Shown in pieces: positions 46,500 to 56,419 of a stretch of 64,000 bases of DNA; position 1 is the stretch's first letter, and each line of letters opens with the position of its first letter. Source of the DNA: Gemmatimonadaceae bacterium. Its GTDB lineage: Bacteria > Gemmatimonadota > Gemmatimonadetes > Gemmatimonadales > Gemmatimonadaceae. A model generated the notes under the pieces. It had not been told where the DNA came from and made no database searches. It saw only the letters and a program-made list of their open reading frames with translations. The stretch is from assembly GCA_024710705.1 (NCBI GenBank), contig JANJUF010000056.1, positions 10,582 through 74,581 on the forward strand. Reading direction: 5' to 3'. Both the position numbers and the translations under genes were made by a program.

Positions 46500-48031
46500 A
46501 GCAGGAGGTCCTGGCCGAGTTCGTCGCTCTCGCAGCGCCAGTAATCGCGGGCAAAGGGACGGGTCTGCCACCATTCGCCGGAGAGTCGTTCGGGGCCCTC
46601 GGCACGCGTGAGGGCGAGGCGTCGGCCGCGCCAGTGCATCTGGAGCGGCCTGCCCTGCTTGTCGGTGGTGATGGCCACAGGTTCCGGCGCTTCCAGCAAT
46701 CGCGCCGCCGGCGCCGGGCGCGCTGCCGCGGCGCCGTGGGCGCCGCGCATGCCGCTCTGTGTGCGCCCGTGCACGAGCGTATCCACAGGAGCGGCGCGCG
46801 CCGCCTGTTCCACGTCCACCCAGCCGCCGGCGCGCTCCGGGGCGTGCGAGTCGCGGGCGATGGGACGCACCACACTGCCCGCACCGAGTGCGGCGCGCAA
46901 TCGCGCGAGTGCCGCCTCGGCCGCGCCGGGATCGCGCCACGCCGAGGCGAGTAAATCGCCCTGCTCGGCGGCCGAGGGGACGCTCTCGCTCACGCGGAGT
47001 TCCACGGCGGCGACGGCCGCTTCGAGCGTCCAGGTATCGAGTAGCGCGCGGCAGCGTTCGAAGAGCGGCACCACCCGGGCGATGGCCCGCGCCGGGCGCA
47101 CCTCGCGCGTGACGCGGCGGCCGTCGTCGAGCGTGAGCGTGATGGTGAGCGCGGCGGCGGCGAGTCCGTCGGCCGAGAGCGTGCGCATGAGGCGCTCGAG
47201 CGAGGCGCGCAGGAGGAAGAGCACCGGCTCGAGCGTGGGCGAACTCGACGCGAGTTCGTGCACCACCACGCGCGGGTCGTCGCTGCGGGCGAGGGAGGCG
47301 CGGCGCGGATCGTCGGCGCAGGCGAGTCGCCAGGCGGCGAGTCCATCGCTGCCCCAGCGACGTTCCACCTCGAGGGGATCGAGTGCGGCGAAAGCGCCAG
47401 CCGTGCGCAGCCCGAGTGCGGTGAGGGCCTCGCGTAGGTCCTCGTCCATCGGGAGGAGCGCGATGGGGACGCGCGCGAGGTAATCGCGGTCGCCGCCGCG
47501 GGCGACGTACACCGGTTCGGTGGCGGCGCGGGCGCTCCAGGTGGCGGCGTGCGCCGTGACGCAGGTGTCGGCGATGGCCACGCGCGCACGCGGATGCCAC
47601 ACCTGCGCCAACGCGAGCAGCGCCGTCCCGAGCGCGCGTTCGCCACCGATGGCCTCGAAGCCATCGGCGCCGATCCACCAGGTGCCTGGCGCATCGCGCA
47701 CGGGACTCACCTGCGGGCTGGCCGAGAGGAAGGCCGCGCTGGCGCGGGCGATCTCGCGGGCGATGAGGGCCTGGTCCCAGGGGAGCGTGACGAGCGCGGC
47801 GCATTTCGAGCGTCCCTGCGGGACGGACATGCCGCTGCGCACGCCGGCGCGCGCGGCGTCGGCGCTCACCGTGCGAAGCCGCGTGCCGTCCACGAGGGCG
47901 ATCGCGCGCGCGTCCCAGTGCGGATCGACATCGGCGCGCGCGTCAGCGCCGGCGGCGCGCTGGGCGAGCCACGCCGCGCCGATCGGGAACCGCGGGATGC
48001 GCACACAGGCGACGCGCGATGTCGTGGGCAT
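46454..48031 (-). CDS. imuB: ImuB, catalytically inactive Y-family polymerase
   Basis: Y-family fold without catalytic acidic motifs; QGDLL clamp-binding-like motif; GPERLSGEWW..RDYW; GGAGG SD before ATG 48031. Confidence 0.88.
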   Translation of the reverse strand: MPTTSRVACVRIPRFPIGAAWLAQRAAGADARADVDPHWDARAIALVDGTRLRTVSADAARAGVRSGMSVPQGRSKCAALVTLPWDQALIAREIARASAAFLSASPQVSPVRDAPGTWWIGADGFEAIGGERALGTALLALAQVWHPRARVAIADTCVTAHAATWSARAATEPVYVARGGDRDYLARVPIALLPMDEDLREALTALGLRTAGAFAALDPLEVERRWGSDGLAAWRLACADDPRRASLARSDDPRVVVHELASSSPTLEPVLFLLRASLERLMRTLSADGLAAAALTITLTLDDGRRVTREVRPARAIARVVPLFERCRALLDTWTLEAAVAAVELRVSESVPSAAEQGDLLASAWRDPGAAEAALARLRAALGAGSVVRPIARDSHAPERAGGWVDVEQAARAAPVDTLVHGRTQSGMRGAHGAAAARPAPAARLLEAPEPVAITTDKQGRPLQMHWRGRRLALTRAEGPERLSGEWWQTRPFARDYWRCESDELGQDLLLYRDASGWRLQGWYD

Positions 48032-48647
48032 GACCCACCTCCAGGGACAAGGGGACATGTTGATGGGGGCCGCCCTTCTCGACCGTCGCGAGCACGGTCC
48101 TGGCATCGCGCCGCTTGAGCACGAGGCGCAACGCGCCGCCGATCTCCGAGGCACGGGTGCCGTCACCCAAGAGCAGGAGCGCGGCATCGGCATCGCGCGC
48201 GAGCTGGGCGAGGCGCACGGCGATGCTACGGGGCAGCAACGGCGCGCCATCGAGCACGACGAGCGCGAAGGATCCGGTGCGCAGCAGGAGATCGGCGCAC
48301 CAGGCGGCGCGCGCTGGATCGCCGGGTCGCACCACCCAAAGCGCATCGCTGCCGGCCGGATCCACCGTCACCCAATCGCGCGGATCGAGGGTGCGGGTGG
48401 CGTCCACCCAGGCCACCGTATGCCCTGCGGTGAGGGTGGTGCTGGCGAGGGTTCGGGCGAGGGTGGTCTTGCCGAGTCCGGCAGGGGCGAGGAGTTCGGT
48501 GATCCGTCCGCGCGGCAGTCCTCCACCGGGGAGGGCGGCATCGAGTGCGCTCAGTCCGGTGGGGAGTCCCGGCGTCGCACTCGGCGTACCGGCGACGACC
48601 GCGGCGAGCTGCTCACGCAGGACCTGCAGGTTGTGGGCGAGGGCCAT
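47943..48647 (-). CDS. imuA: ImuA (RecA-like)
   Basis: PTGLSALDAALPGGGLPRGRITEL, GLGKT, WVD, LVVLD; directly upstream of imuB. Confidence 0.85.
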   Translation of the reverse strand: MALAHNLQVLREQLAAVVAGTPSATPGLPTGLSALDAALPGGGLPRGRITELLAPAGLGKTTLARTLASTTLTAGHTVAWVDATRTLDPRDWVTVDPAGSDALWVVRPGDPARAAWCADLLLRTGSFALVVLDGAPLLPRSIAVRLAQLARDADAALLLLGDGTRASEIGGALRLVLKRRDARTVLATVEKGGPHQHVPLSLEVGHAHDIARRLCAHPAVPDRRGVARPARRRR

Positions 48648-48655
48648 CTTTTGTG

Positions 48656-48707
48656 ACCGAACAAAGACCGAAACACACGGGTAGGTAATTACCGAATAAA
48701 CACCGAA
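48656..48707 (-). promoter_or_regulatory. Two direct-repeat operators ACCGAA-N5-ACCGAA (candidate LexA/SOS boxes)
   Basis: Copies at 48656-48672 and 48691-48707, both with 11-bp period, directly upstream of imuA. Confidence 0.65.
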
Positions 48708-48754
48708 TCCCGCAAGGGGCGTCCGGGGTTCTCAGAGGGCCGAAAAAGGGGTGT

Positions 48755-48877
48755 TTCACCACGAAGGCACGAAGGGCTCCGATGGCAGCTTCGGCTTCGT
48801 AGTTCCCTTCAGGCCAGATCTGAAGGGTGAACTGCAACCGCACCGCGCGTCGGGACCCTTCGTACCTTCGTGGTGAA
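48755..48877. repeat. Nested inverted-repeat element (REP/MITE-like)
   Basis: TTCACCACGAAGGCACGAAGGG (48755-48776) vs CCCTTCGTACCTTCGTGGTGAA (48856-48877), 21/22 match; inner CCCTTCAG/CTGAAGGG stem. Confidence 0.8.
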
Positions 48878-48887
48878 CGCCGTTGCG

Positions 48888-49481
48888 CTACGCGTGCGCG
48901 GCGAGCCGCTGCTCGAGCCGCGCGCGCACCGCCGGCCATTCGCTGGCCAGGATGCTGAACATCACGGTGTCGCGCGCCGAGCCATCGCGGCGCGCCTGGA
49001 AGTGGCGGATCACCCCATCGCGCTGGGCGCCGAGTGCGGCGATGGCCGCCTGCGAGCGCGTGTTGGCGATGTCGGTGCGCAGGCCCACCACCGCGCAGCC
49101 GAGCGTGTCGAAGGCGTGCGAGAGCAGGAGCAGCTTGCAGGTGGTGTTCACGTGCGTGCGCTGCCAGCGTGCGCCATACCACGTATAGCCAATCTCCACG
49201 CGATCGATGGCCGGGACGATGTCGTGATAGCGCGTGCTGCCGATGACGGCACCGCTCGCCGTGTCGCGCACGGCCCAAGGGAGCATCTGGCCCTCGGCCT
49301 GGCCTCGCAGGGCGTCAGCGATGTACGTCGCGACCTCGTCGGGGCGCGGCACCGAGGTGAACCAGAGTTCCCACAGCGCGCCGTCGCTTGCGGCGGCGGC
49401 GAGTCCCTCGGCGTGCGCCGTGCCGAGTGGTTCGAGTTGCACTCCACCGGCGGCGAGGGAGACGGGCGCTGGGACAATCAT
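48888..49481 (-). CDS. GNAT family N-acetyltransferase (RimJ/RimL-like)
   Basis: VEIGYTW, QRTHVNT, NTRSQAAIAALGA, RDTVMFSIL. Confidence 0.9.
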   Translation of the reverse strand: MIVPAPVSLAAGGVQLEPLGTAHAEGLAAAASDGALWELWFTSVPRPDEVATYIADALRGQAEGQMLPWAVRDTASGAVIGSTRYHDIVPAIDRVEIGYTWYGARWQRTHVNTTCKLLLLSHAFDTLGCAVVGLRTDIANTRSQAAIAALGAQRDGVIRHFQARRDGSARDTVMFSILASEWPAVRARLEQRLAAHA

Positions 49482-49496
49482 CAGGGCGCGCCCGAG

Positions 49497-51425
49497 TCAG
49501 CCGAGCTCGGCCAGGAGCTGGAGCAACTCGGCGGCGCTCCCGGGCCGCCCCTCCGGGGCCTTGGCGAGGAGCCGCATCACCAGCGCGGCGAGGGCCGGCG
49601 GCACGTCGGTTGCGCTGCCGCCGATTGGCGCCGGAGGCGTGGAGAGCACCTTCGCGATCAGCGACACCATGGACGTCCCATAGAACGGCGGCTTGCCCGT
49701 GAGGCATTCGTACAGCACCACGCCGAGCGCGTACAGATCCGCGCGTTCGTCCACTTCCTCGCCGATCAGTTGTTCGGGCGCCATGTACGCCGGCGTCCCG
49801 ACCATCACACCGCTCTCGGCGTTGGCCGAAGCCGCCGCGATGCGGGCGATGCCGAAGTCCATGACCTTGAGCACGCCGGCGTTGTCGAGCAGGGCGTTCT
49901 CGGGCTTCACGTCGCGGTGGATGATGCCGGCGAGGTGCGCGACCACCAGCGCCTCGGTGAACTGCCGCGCCACGGCGAGGGTGCTGGCGGCGCCGAGTCG
50001 GCCGCGCGTCTCGAGGAGTTCGCGCACGGTGAGCCCTTCCACGAACTCCATCGTGACGAAGGCGATGCCGTCGGCCTCGCCGAGGTCGTGGGTGCGCACG
50101 ACGTTGCGATGCGAGATGCGCCGCGCGAGACGGATCTCCGACTTGAGCTGTTCGGCGAGCACCGGATCGCCCGAGAGCAGGTCGCGGCGGATGGTCTTGA
50201 TGGCGACGTCCTCGTCGAGCTCGCGGTCGTGGGCGCGGTACACCACGCCCATGCCGCCGCGGCCGACGACGCCGCGGATCTCGTAGCGGGCGGCGAGCAG
50301 GGCGCCCGGACTGAGGGTGTCGGTCTCGCTGTCGGTCGATGCCAGCACGGTGCGATGCTCGTTGGTGGCCATCGAGACGTCGGCCCGAAGCTGACTGAGC
50401 TGTTCGCGCAGCTTGGACTCGCGGGCGCGCACGCCGGCGGCCATGGCGTCGAACACGCGGGCGAGGCGCCCGAGTTCGTCGTCGCGGGCGCTGATGGGGC
50501 CGAGCGCACCGGACTCGTAGGTGCCCTTCTCGACCGCGGCGGCGGCCTCGATGACGCGCGTGACCTGGCGCAGGTAATCGGCCTCGCGGTCGTGCCAACG
50601 CTTCTTCTCCAGCGAGGCGCCGATGCGCGCCCGGAGCAGGACCTGGTCGAAGGGCTTGGCCAGATAATCCTCGGCGCCGTGCTCGATGCAGCGCACCACC
50701 GAGGCGATGTCGTCGAGCGCCGAGATCATGATCACCGGGAGATTCCGGGTGGCCTCGTGGGATTTGATGCGCTCGAGGACGGCGAAGCCGTCGAGGTCGG
50801 GCATGCGCACATCGAGGAGTACGAGGTCGAACCCTCCTTCCGCGACGCGCGCGAGGGCCTCAATGCCGCCGGCGGCGCCGTCCACCTGGTAGCCCTCGCG
50901 CGCGAGCCGCCGCGAGAGCACCGCGCGATTCTCTTCGACGTCATCCACCACCAGGATGCGTCCCCGCCGCTCGGCGACGGCCACGGCCAGCGGCGTCGAG
51001 TGGCGGGGCAGGGGCGGCGCGGAGGGCTGCTCGACGATGTGCGCGCGCTCGTTGGCCTCGGGGAGCGAAAGCAGTTGCTGCGCGGCACGGGCAATCTTCT
51101 GCACGTCGGCGGCGAACTGGGCCTCGGGTGAGCCATCGAGGAGCGCCGACGTCGCCAGCAGGATCGTCGCTTGCGGCGAACGCAGCTTGGCGAACAGGCG
51201 CGGCAAGGCATCCTCGGCGGCGACGCCACTGGGTGGCAGGGCCGCGTTGATCAGCACCAGGACCTCGTGCGCCGCCACGCCAATCGTTCGCAGCGCCTCG
51301 GCCGCCGCTGAGTTCGGCTCCACGTCCTCGGCGAGGAGCTCGGCATATCCGAGGATGTGATTGACCGGAGTGCGCAGTTCGTGCCGGAGCTCGCCGGTGG
51401 CGTGCGCGTCGAGCACGTCGCTCAC
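49497..51425 (-). CDS. HisKA(DHp)-receiver-HAMP-like-Ser/Thr kinase fusion protein
   Basis: HELRTPVNHILGY; REC VDD...LLDVRMP...AKP; RDDELGRLARVF; kinase GRGGMG, VAIK, HRDVKPEN, DFG, APE. Confidence 0.9.
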   Translation of the reverse strand: MSDVLDAHATGELRHELRTPVNHILGYAELLAEDVEPNSAAAEALRTIGVAAHEVLVLINAALPPSGVAAEDALPRLFAKLRSPQATILLATSALLDGSPEAQFAADVQKIARAAQQLLSLPEANERAHIVEQPSAPPLPRHSTPLAVAVAERRGRILVVDDVEENRAVLSRRLAREGYQVDGAAGGIEALARVAEGGFDLVLLDVRMPDLDGFAVLERIKSHEATRNLPVIMISALDDIASVVRCIEHGAEDYLAKPFDQVLLRARIGASLEKKRWHDREADYLRQVTRVIEAAAAVEKGTYESGALGPISARDDELGRLARVFDAMAAGVRARESKLREQLSQLRADVSMATNEHRTVLASTDSETDTLSPGALLAARYEIRGVVGRGGMGVVYRAHDRELDEDVAIKTIRRDLLSGDPVLAEQLKSEIRLARRISHRNVVRTHDLGEADGIAFVTMEFVEGLTVRELLETRGRLGAASTLAVARQFTEALVVAHLAGIIHRDVKPENALLDNAGVLKVMDFGIARIAAASANAESGVMVGTPAYMAPEQLIGEEVDERADLYALGVVLYECLTGKPPFYGTSMVSLIAKVLSTPPAPIGGSATDVPPALAALVMRLLAKAPEGRPGSAAELLQLLAELG

Positions 51426-51793
51426 GATCCCGGACCGAGGAGTGCGGCCATCTTCCCGAGGAGCCGTTCGAGGTCCACCGGCTTCGTGTCATAGTCGTTG
51501 CAGCCGGCGTCGAGGGCCTTGTCGCGGTCGCCCGACATCGCGTGGGCGGTGAGGGCGATGATCGGCACGTCCCTGCCGCGGGCATCGGCGCGGATCCGGC
51601 GCGTGGCTTCCCAGCCGTCGATCTCCGGCAGGCTCATGTCCATCAGGATGAGGTCCCAGCCCCCTTCGAGTGCCCGGGTGACGCCCTCGGCGCCGTCCAC
51701 GGCGATCTCCACCACGTGTCCGCGTCGCACCAAGCGACGCGAGAGCATGTCGCGGTTCATCTCATTGTCTTCGACGAGCAGGATTCTGGGCAT
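51422..51793 (-). CDS. Single-domain response regulator (DivK-like)
   Basis: VEDN, LMDMSLP, LTAHAM, TKP. Confidence 0.93.
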   Translation of the reverse strand: MPRILLVEDNEMNRDMLSRRLVRRGHVVEIAVDGAEGVTRALEGGWDLILMDMSLPEIDGWEATRRIRADARGRDVPIIALTAHAMSGDRDKALDAGCNDYDTKPVDLERLLGKMAALLGPGS

Positions 51794-51800
51794 CAGTCGG

Positions 51801-54800
51801 TCAGGGCGTGGACGGTTCGCGACGGCGCATCAGGAGGCGGATGTCCCGCACCAGGTCGAACTGCGAGTAGGCTCCCTTGGTGAGCACGTCGCTGACGTGG
51901 CCGTTGAGCCGCTCGCGCTCCTCGCGCGTCAGGTCCTTGGCCGTGACGACGACCACGGGGATGTTGCGCCAGGCCTCGACTTGCCGGAGTTCGGAGACGA
52001 ACTCGCCGCCGTCCATCACCGGCATCATGAGGTCCAGCACGATGAGCGCCGGCGTGACCTCCTGCAGGCGCTCCAGGGCCACGCGGCCGTTCTCCGCCTC
52101 GACCACCGTCCAGCCTTCGCGCTCGAGCCCCCGACGGAAGGTCTGCCGCACGGCGATGTCGTCTTCGACCACCAGCACGACGCCATCGGCTGGGTCGGCT
52201 CGGTGTTGGCGAAGGATGCGGCGTAGCTGGGCGCGGTCGATCGGCTTGGTGACATACTCGGTGGCGCCGAGCGCGAGTGCCATCTGCTGCTCGTGCAGGA
52301 CCGAGAGCATGATTACCGGCACGTCAGCGAGGGAGTCATCCTCGCGGATGCGCTGCAGCACCTCCCAGCCGTCCATGCCCGGCATGAGGATGTCGAGCGT
52401 GATGGCGTCGGGGCGATCGGCGCGCGCCATCTCGAGGCCGACCACGCCGTCGGTGGCTTCGAGCACTCGGAAGCCGTCGTTGGCGAGCACGGTCCGGAGC
52501 AGGCGCCGTGCGTCGGCGTCGTCATCGATGATGAGGACGGTGCCGGCGCTCCCGTCGCCCTGCAGTTCCGGAATGTCGATCGCCCGCAGGGAGGTCGTGA
52601 CACGTCGCGCGGTCTCGACGCGCAGCGGGAGGCGCATGGTGAAGGTGGATCCGATGCCGGGTTGGCTCTCCACCGTGACTTCGCCGCCCATCATCTCGGC
52701 GAAGCGCCGGGTGAGGGCGAGGCCGAGCCCGGTGCCGCCATAGCGACGCGCGGTGGAGGACTCGGCCTGGCTGAAGGCCTCGAAGAGCCGTCCCATCTGC
52801 TCGGGCGTCATGCCGATGCCGGAATCGCGCACGGCGAACTCGAGCATCGGGCCACGGGCGCCGTCGCTGCGACGCACGGCAATGCTGATGCGGCCATTCT
52901 CGGTGAACTTGCAGGCGTTGGACAGCAGGTTCAGCAGCATCTGCCGCACTTTCACGAGGTCGGCGTGCATCAGACCGAGTTCGCTGTCGCGCGTGAGCGT
53001 CAACGTGTTCGCATTCTTCGCGACCATGGGACCGATCGTGGTGCGCACCTCCTCCAGCATTTCGGCCACGTCGAAGGTCTCGAGCACGAGGTCCATCTTC
53101 CCGGCCTCGATCTTCGAGAGGTCGAGCACGTCGTTGATCAGCGCCAGCAGGTGCTTGCCGGCGGTGTTGATCTTGCCGAGGTCGGCGATGAACGAATCCA
53201 GGCCCGCGTCCTGCGCCTCCTCCTGCAGCATCTCGCTGTACCCGATGATGGCGTTGAGCGGGGTGCGCAGTTCGTGGCTCATGTTGGCGAGGAACTGGCT
53301 TTTGGCGCGATTGGCCCCTTCGGCGTCGCGGCGCGCCTCGGACAGTTCACTGATGTCGTGGTACATCCCCATCAACGCCACGCGTGACTCGTCGGCAATG
53401 ACGGGCACGCCAAGGATCTCGACTTCGACGAAGCTGCCGTCCTTGCGCCGCCGCCGACCGATGCCCTTCACGGCGCGGTCCACGGCGTCGCGGCTGTACT
53501 GCGCCGCCTCGCCGAGGGTGGCGGGGTCGGTGATGAGCTCATCGAGATTGCGGCCGCGTGCTTCGTCCTCGTCGTAGCCGAAGAGCTGTTCGAACGCCGG
53601 GTTGCACGACGCCACGTTGTAGTCGGTGTCCAACTGCACGATGGCGACGGGGGAGTTGTTCAGCAGGCTGCGGAAGAACTCGCGCTGCCGCGCGGCCTCC
53701 TCGTAGAGGCGTGCGCCCTCGATGGCGATGGCCGCCTGCGGCGTGAAGAGATTGAGCAGGCGGACGGCGTCGTCGGTGAACTCGCGCGTGGACTTGGCGT
53801 CCACCATGGCGATGGCGCCGACCAGTCGTCCGTCGATGAGCAGCGGGGCGGCGACCACCGACTTCACCGGTACATCGCTGTACTTGGCTGACTTGCCGAT
53901 CCAGGCGTGATAGTCCGGCACGATGAGCGGCTGCTTGGATTGCGCGACGAGCCCGAGTGCACCCTCGCCGAGCCTGAGCCGGATGCCGGACGTGTCGGTG
54001 CCGATCTGGTGGCTGGCGGCCACGTAGAGCTCGCCCCGCGCCGCATCGAAGATCGCCAGCTCGCCGCCGGTGACGCCGAGCAGGGCGACGGCGCGCTCGA
54101 GCGTGGCTTGCAGGGTGCGCGAGAGCTCTCGTTGCGTCAGGAGGTCGGACATCGAGGCGAGCACGGCCTCGTGCTCGTCGGCGCGTTGCTTCTGGGCCAC
54201 GATGAGGCGGGCCCGCGCGATGGCGATGCTCGCTTGGTTCGCCGCGGCCGTGAGGATCTCGAAGTCGCTCTCGTCGAAGGCGTCGGGTTCGGTGCTCTCC
54301 ACCGCCAACACGCCGATCACCTCGCCATCGATGACAAGGGGGATATCCACTTCGGAGCCGCTGTTGAGCGTGGGCTCGTAGGTGGATTCGCGACGCACCT
54401 CGGGCGTGTAGTGCAGTTGCTTCTCGAGTACGGCGCGCTCGGTGATGCCGTGACCCTTGGCGAGCCGGAAGCCGGGCTGCGCGGCGGTCCATCCCACCGA
54501 GGCCACCATCACGCGGTCGCCCGTGGGCGGATCGATGAGGAAGACGCCGAGGAAGGCGTAGCCAAGCGCATCGTCGCGGAGGCCGTTGACGACGCTTTCG
54601 CAGATCTCCTGTTCGTTGGTGGCGGCGGCGATGGCCGAGCTGAGTCGGAGCAGGGCCGATTGGCGACGGGCAATTCCATCGTCGCGGAACGCCGTACGCG
54701 CCTTTGCCTTGACCTTCGCCTTCGGCGGGGCCTTCACTCGCGCCTTGGCATTCGGCTTCGTGCCGCGCTTGGAAATGGCCTTCCGCTTCTTCGCCGCCAT
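51801..54800 (-). CDS. Soluble hybrid sensor histidine kinase GAF-GAF-PAS-HisKA-HATPase-REC-REC
   Basis: [30 protein letters not shown]; two REC domains; two GAF-like and one PAS ([10 protein letters not shown]) region; no TM. Confidence 0.93.
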   Translation of the reverse strand: MAAKKRKAISKRGTKPNAKARVKAPPKAKVKAKARTAFRDDGIARRQSALLRLSSAIAAATNEQEICESVVNGLRDDALGYAFLGVFLIDPPTGDRVMVASVGWTAAQPGFRLAKGHGITERAVLEKQLHYTPEVRRESTYEPTLNSGSEVDIPLVIDGEVIGVLAVESTEPDAFDESDFEILTAAANQASIAIARARLIVAQKQRADEHEAVLASMSDLLTQRELSRTLQATLERAVALLGVTGGELAIFDAARGELYVAASHQIGTDTSGIRLRLGEGALGLVAQSKQPLIVPDYHAWIGKSAKYSDVPVKSVVAAPLLIDGRLVGAIAMVDAKSTREFTDDAVRLLNLFTPQAAIAIEGARLYEEAARQREFFRSLLNNSPVAIVQLDTDYNVASCNPAFEQLFGYDEDEARGRNLDELITDPATLGEAAQYSRDAVDRAVKGIGRRRRKDGSFVEVEILGVPVIADESRVALMGMYHDISELSEARRDAEGANRAKSQFLANMSHELRTPLNAIIGYSEMLQEEAQDAGLDSFIADLGKINTAGKHLLALINDVLDLSKIEAGKMDLVLETFDVAEMLEEVRTTIGPMVAKNANTLTLTRDSELGLMHADLVKVRQMLLNLLSNACKFTENGRISIAVRRSDGARGPMLEFAVRDSGIGMTPEQMGRLFEAFSQAESSTARRYGGTGLGLALTRRFAEMMGGEVTVESQPGIGSTFTMRLPLRVETARRVTTSLRAIDIPELQGDGSAGTVLIIDDDADARRLLRTVLANDGFRVLEATDGVVGLEMARADRPDAITLDILMPGMDGWEVLQRIREDDSLADVPVIMLSVLHEQQMALALGATEYVTKPIDRAQLRRILRQHRADPADGVVLVVEDDIAVRQTFRRGLEREGWTVVEAENGRVALERLQEVTPALIVLDLMMPVMDGGEFVSELRQVEAWRNIPVVVVTAKDLTREERERLNGHVSDVLTKGAYSQFDLVRDIRLLMRRREPSTP

Positions 54801-54876
54801 TCGCCCCCCAGGAGATGCCCGCGTCGGGGGACGAATGTACGCCCCCGCGGCGACCCCCGATAGCGCGATGCCGTCG

Positions 54877-56004
54877 CTACACGGCGGCGGGCTGCGCGAA
54901 AGCCGGTGCCATCAACCCGGCCTTCGAGCGCCCGTGCGGATCCTGGCCGGCGCGGATGCGGTTCACCATCTCCAGCGCGGTTTCGGTGAGCGGCGGCAGC
55001 TCCATCGGGCTTTCCCCCACAGGAGTCACCCGCGTCCCCCACTTCACCAGGAGCGAACAGTACGTAAGCCCACCGCCGAAAGCGGGCATCAGGAGCCAGC
55101 TCCCGGGTCGCACGCGCCCTTCCTCCAGCGCTTCCACCAGCGCCACCGGTACGGTCGCGGCGCTCATGTTGCCGTACTTCTGCACCGTGAGCATCACTTT
55201 CTCCATCGGGATGCCGGCGTACTTGGCCACCGCCTCGATGATTCGCAGGTTGGCCTGGTGTGGTACCACCAGCGCGATCTGCTCGGCCGTGACACCCTGC
55301 GCCTCGAGCACCCGCTTGGAGGCGTCGGCCATGCCGTGGACGGCGCGCTTGAAGATCACCTGGCCGTCGAAGTCCCACAGCGTGTCGCCGAAGGTGATGC
55401 CGAGCCCGGAGTAGCCGCAGCCGAAGCCGCGCACGCGGAGCGAATCACGCGCCTCGGCGTCGCAGCCCATCACGGCGCCGAGCATGCCTTCCTCCTTCGC
55501 CGAGGCCTGCAGCACCACCGCCGCCGCGCCATCGCCGAACAGCACCGCCACGTTGCGGTTGCTCCAGTCCATGTAGCGGCTGATCAGCTCCACCCCGATC
55601 ACCACGGCGTTCTTCACCAGCCCGGTGCGGATCATGGACGTCGCCGTGGCGAGCCCGTAGCAGAAGCTCGTGCAGGCGGTGTTGAGATCGATGCTCGCGG
55701 CCTTCGTCGCGCCGAGCGCGAGCTGCACGCCGGACGCGGAGTTCGGGCAGAGCTCCTCGTTGCTGACGCCGCCGTAGATGATGAGATCCACGTCGGCGGC
55801 CGCGAGCCCGGCGCAGGCCAGCGCCCGCGACGCGGCGATCGTGCTCATCTCCACCGCGCTGACGTGCGAGATGCGGCGCTCCTTCATCCCCGTCCGCGAC
55901 GTGATCCACTCGTCGTTGGTGTCGAGGAAGGTCGCAAGGTCCTCGTTGCTGAGGACGGCGGGTGGCATGCACTTGCCCCAACCGGTGATGGCGGCGTAGG
56001 TCAT
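54877..56004 (-). CDS. 3-oxoacyl-ACP synthase III (FabH-family condensing enzyme)
   Basis: Cys-His-Asn triad: ACTSF, PHQAN, GNMSAA; LFGDGA. Confidence 0.9.
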   Translation of the reverse strand: MTYAAITGWGKCMPPAVLSNEDLATFLDTNDEWITSRTGMKERRISHVSAVEMSTIAASRALACAGLAAADVDLIIYGGVSNEELCPNSASGVQLALGATKAASIDLNTACTSFCYGLATATSMIRTGLVKNAVVIGVELISRYMDWSNRNVAVLFGDGAAAVVLQASAKEEGMLGAVMGCDAEARDSLRVRGFGCGYSGLGITFGDTLWDFDGQVIFKRAVHGMADASKRVLEAQGVTAEQIALVVPHQANLRIIEAVAKYAGIPMEKVMLTVQKYGNMSAATVPVALVEALEEGRVRPGSWLLMPAFGGGLTYCSLLVKWGTRVTPVGESPMELPPLTETALEMVNRIRAGQDPHGRSKAGLMAPAFAQPAAV

Positions 56005-56017
56005 GGTGGGCGACGGC

Positions 56018-56419
56018 TCAGGCGTTGGGGACGATGGCAGTGGCTTCGATCTCGACGACGGCGCGCGGTTCCATCAGCGCCGTGACTTCCACGGCGGTCA
56101 TGGCCGGGAAATGCCGGCCGATCACCGCCCGATAGACTTCGCCGAGCTCGCGTCCGGCCGCAAGGTAGGCGGCCCGATCGGTGACGTACCACGTGAGGCG
56201 CACCAGGTGTTCGGGGCGCGCCCCGTCGGCCGCCAGCACGGCGACGATGTTCTCGAGCGCCTGCTTGGCCTGCGCCACCAGCGCATCACCCACCAACCGC
56301 TGCTCGGCGTCCCAGCCGATCTGGCCGGCCACGAAGATCGTGCGGCCGCTGGCGCTCACGCCGTTGGCGTAGCCCTTCGGGCGCGCCCAGCCTTCGGGCT
56401 GAATCACACGATGGTTCAT
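56018..56419 (-). CDS. RidA/YjgF family protein
   Basis: KGYANG, VAGQIGW, FPAMT, VEIEATA. Confidence 0.9.
   Translation of the reverse strand: MNHRVIQPEGWARPKGYANGVSASGRTIFVAGQIGWDAEQRLVGDALVAQAKQALENIVAVLAADGARPEHLVRLTWYVTDRAAYLAAGRELGEVYRAVIGRHFPAMTAVEVTALMEPRAVVEIEATAIVPNA

Noticed and set aside
45513-47804. 763-aa minus-strand ORF bridging imuB toward dnaE2
   Set aside because: Low-complexity alternative frame of imuB plus antisense of the methyltransferase; not in frame with dnaE2 and no motifs
48870-51131. 753-aa plus-strand ORF and similar long antisense ORFs (25731-27419, 56989-58890)
   Set aside because: Mirror frames of well-supported minus-strand genes
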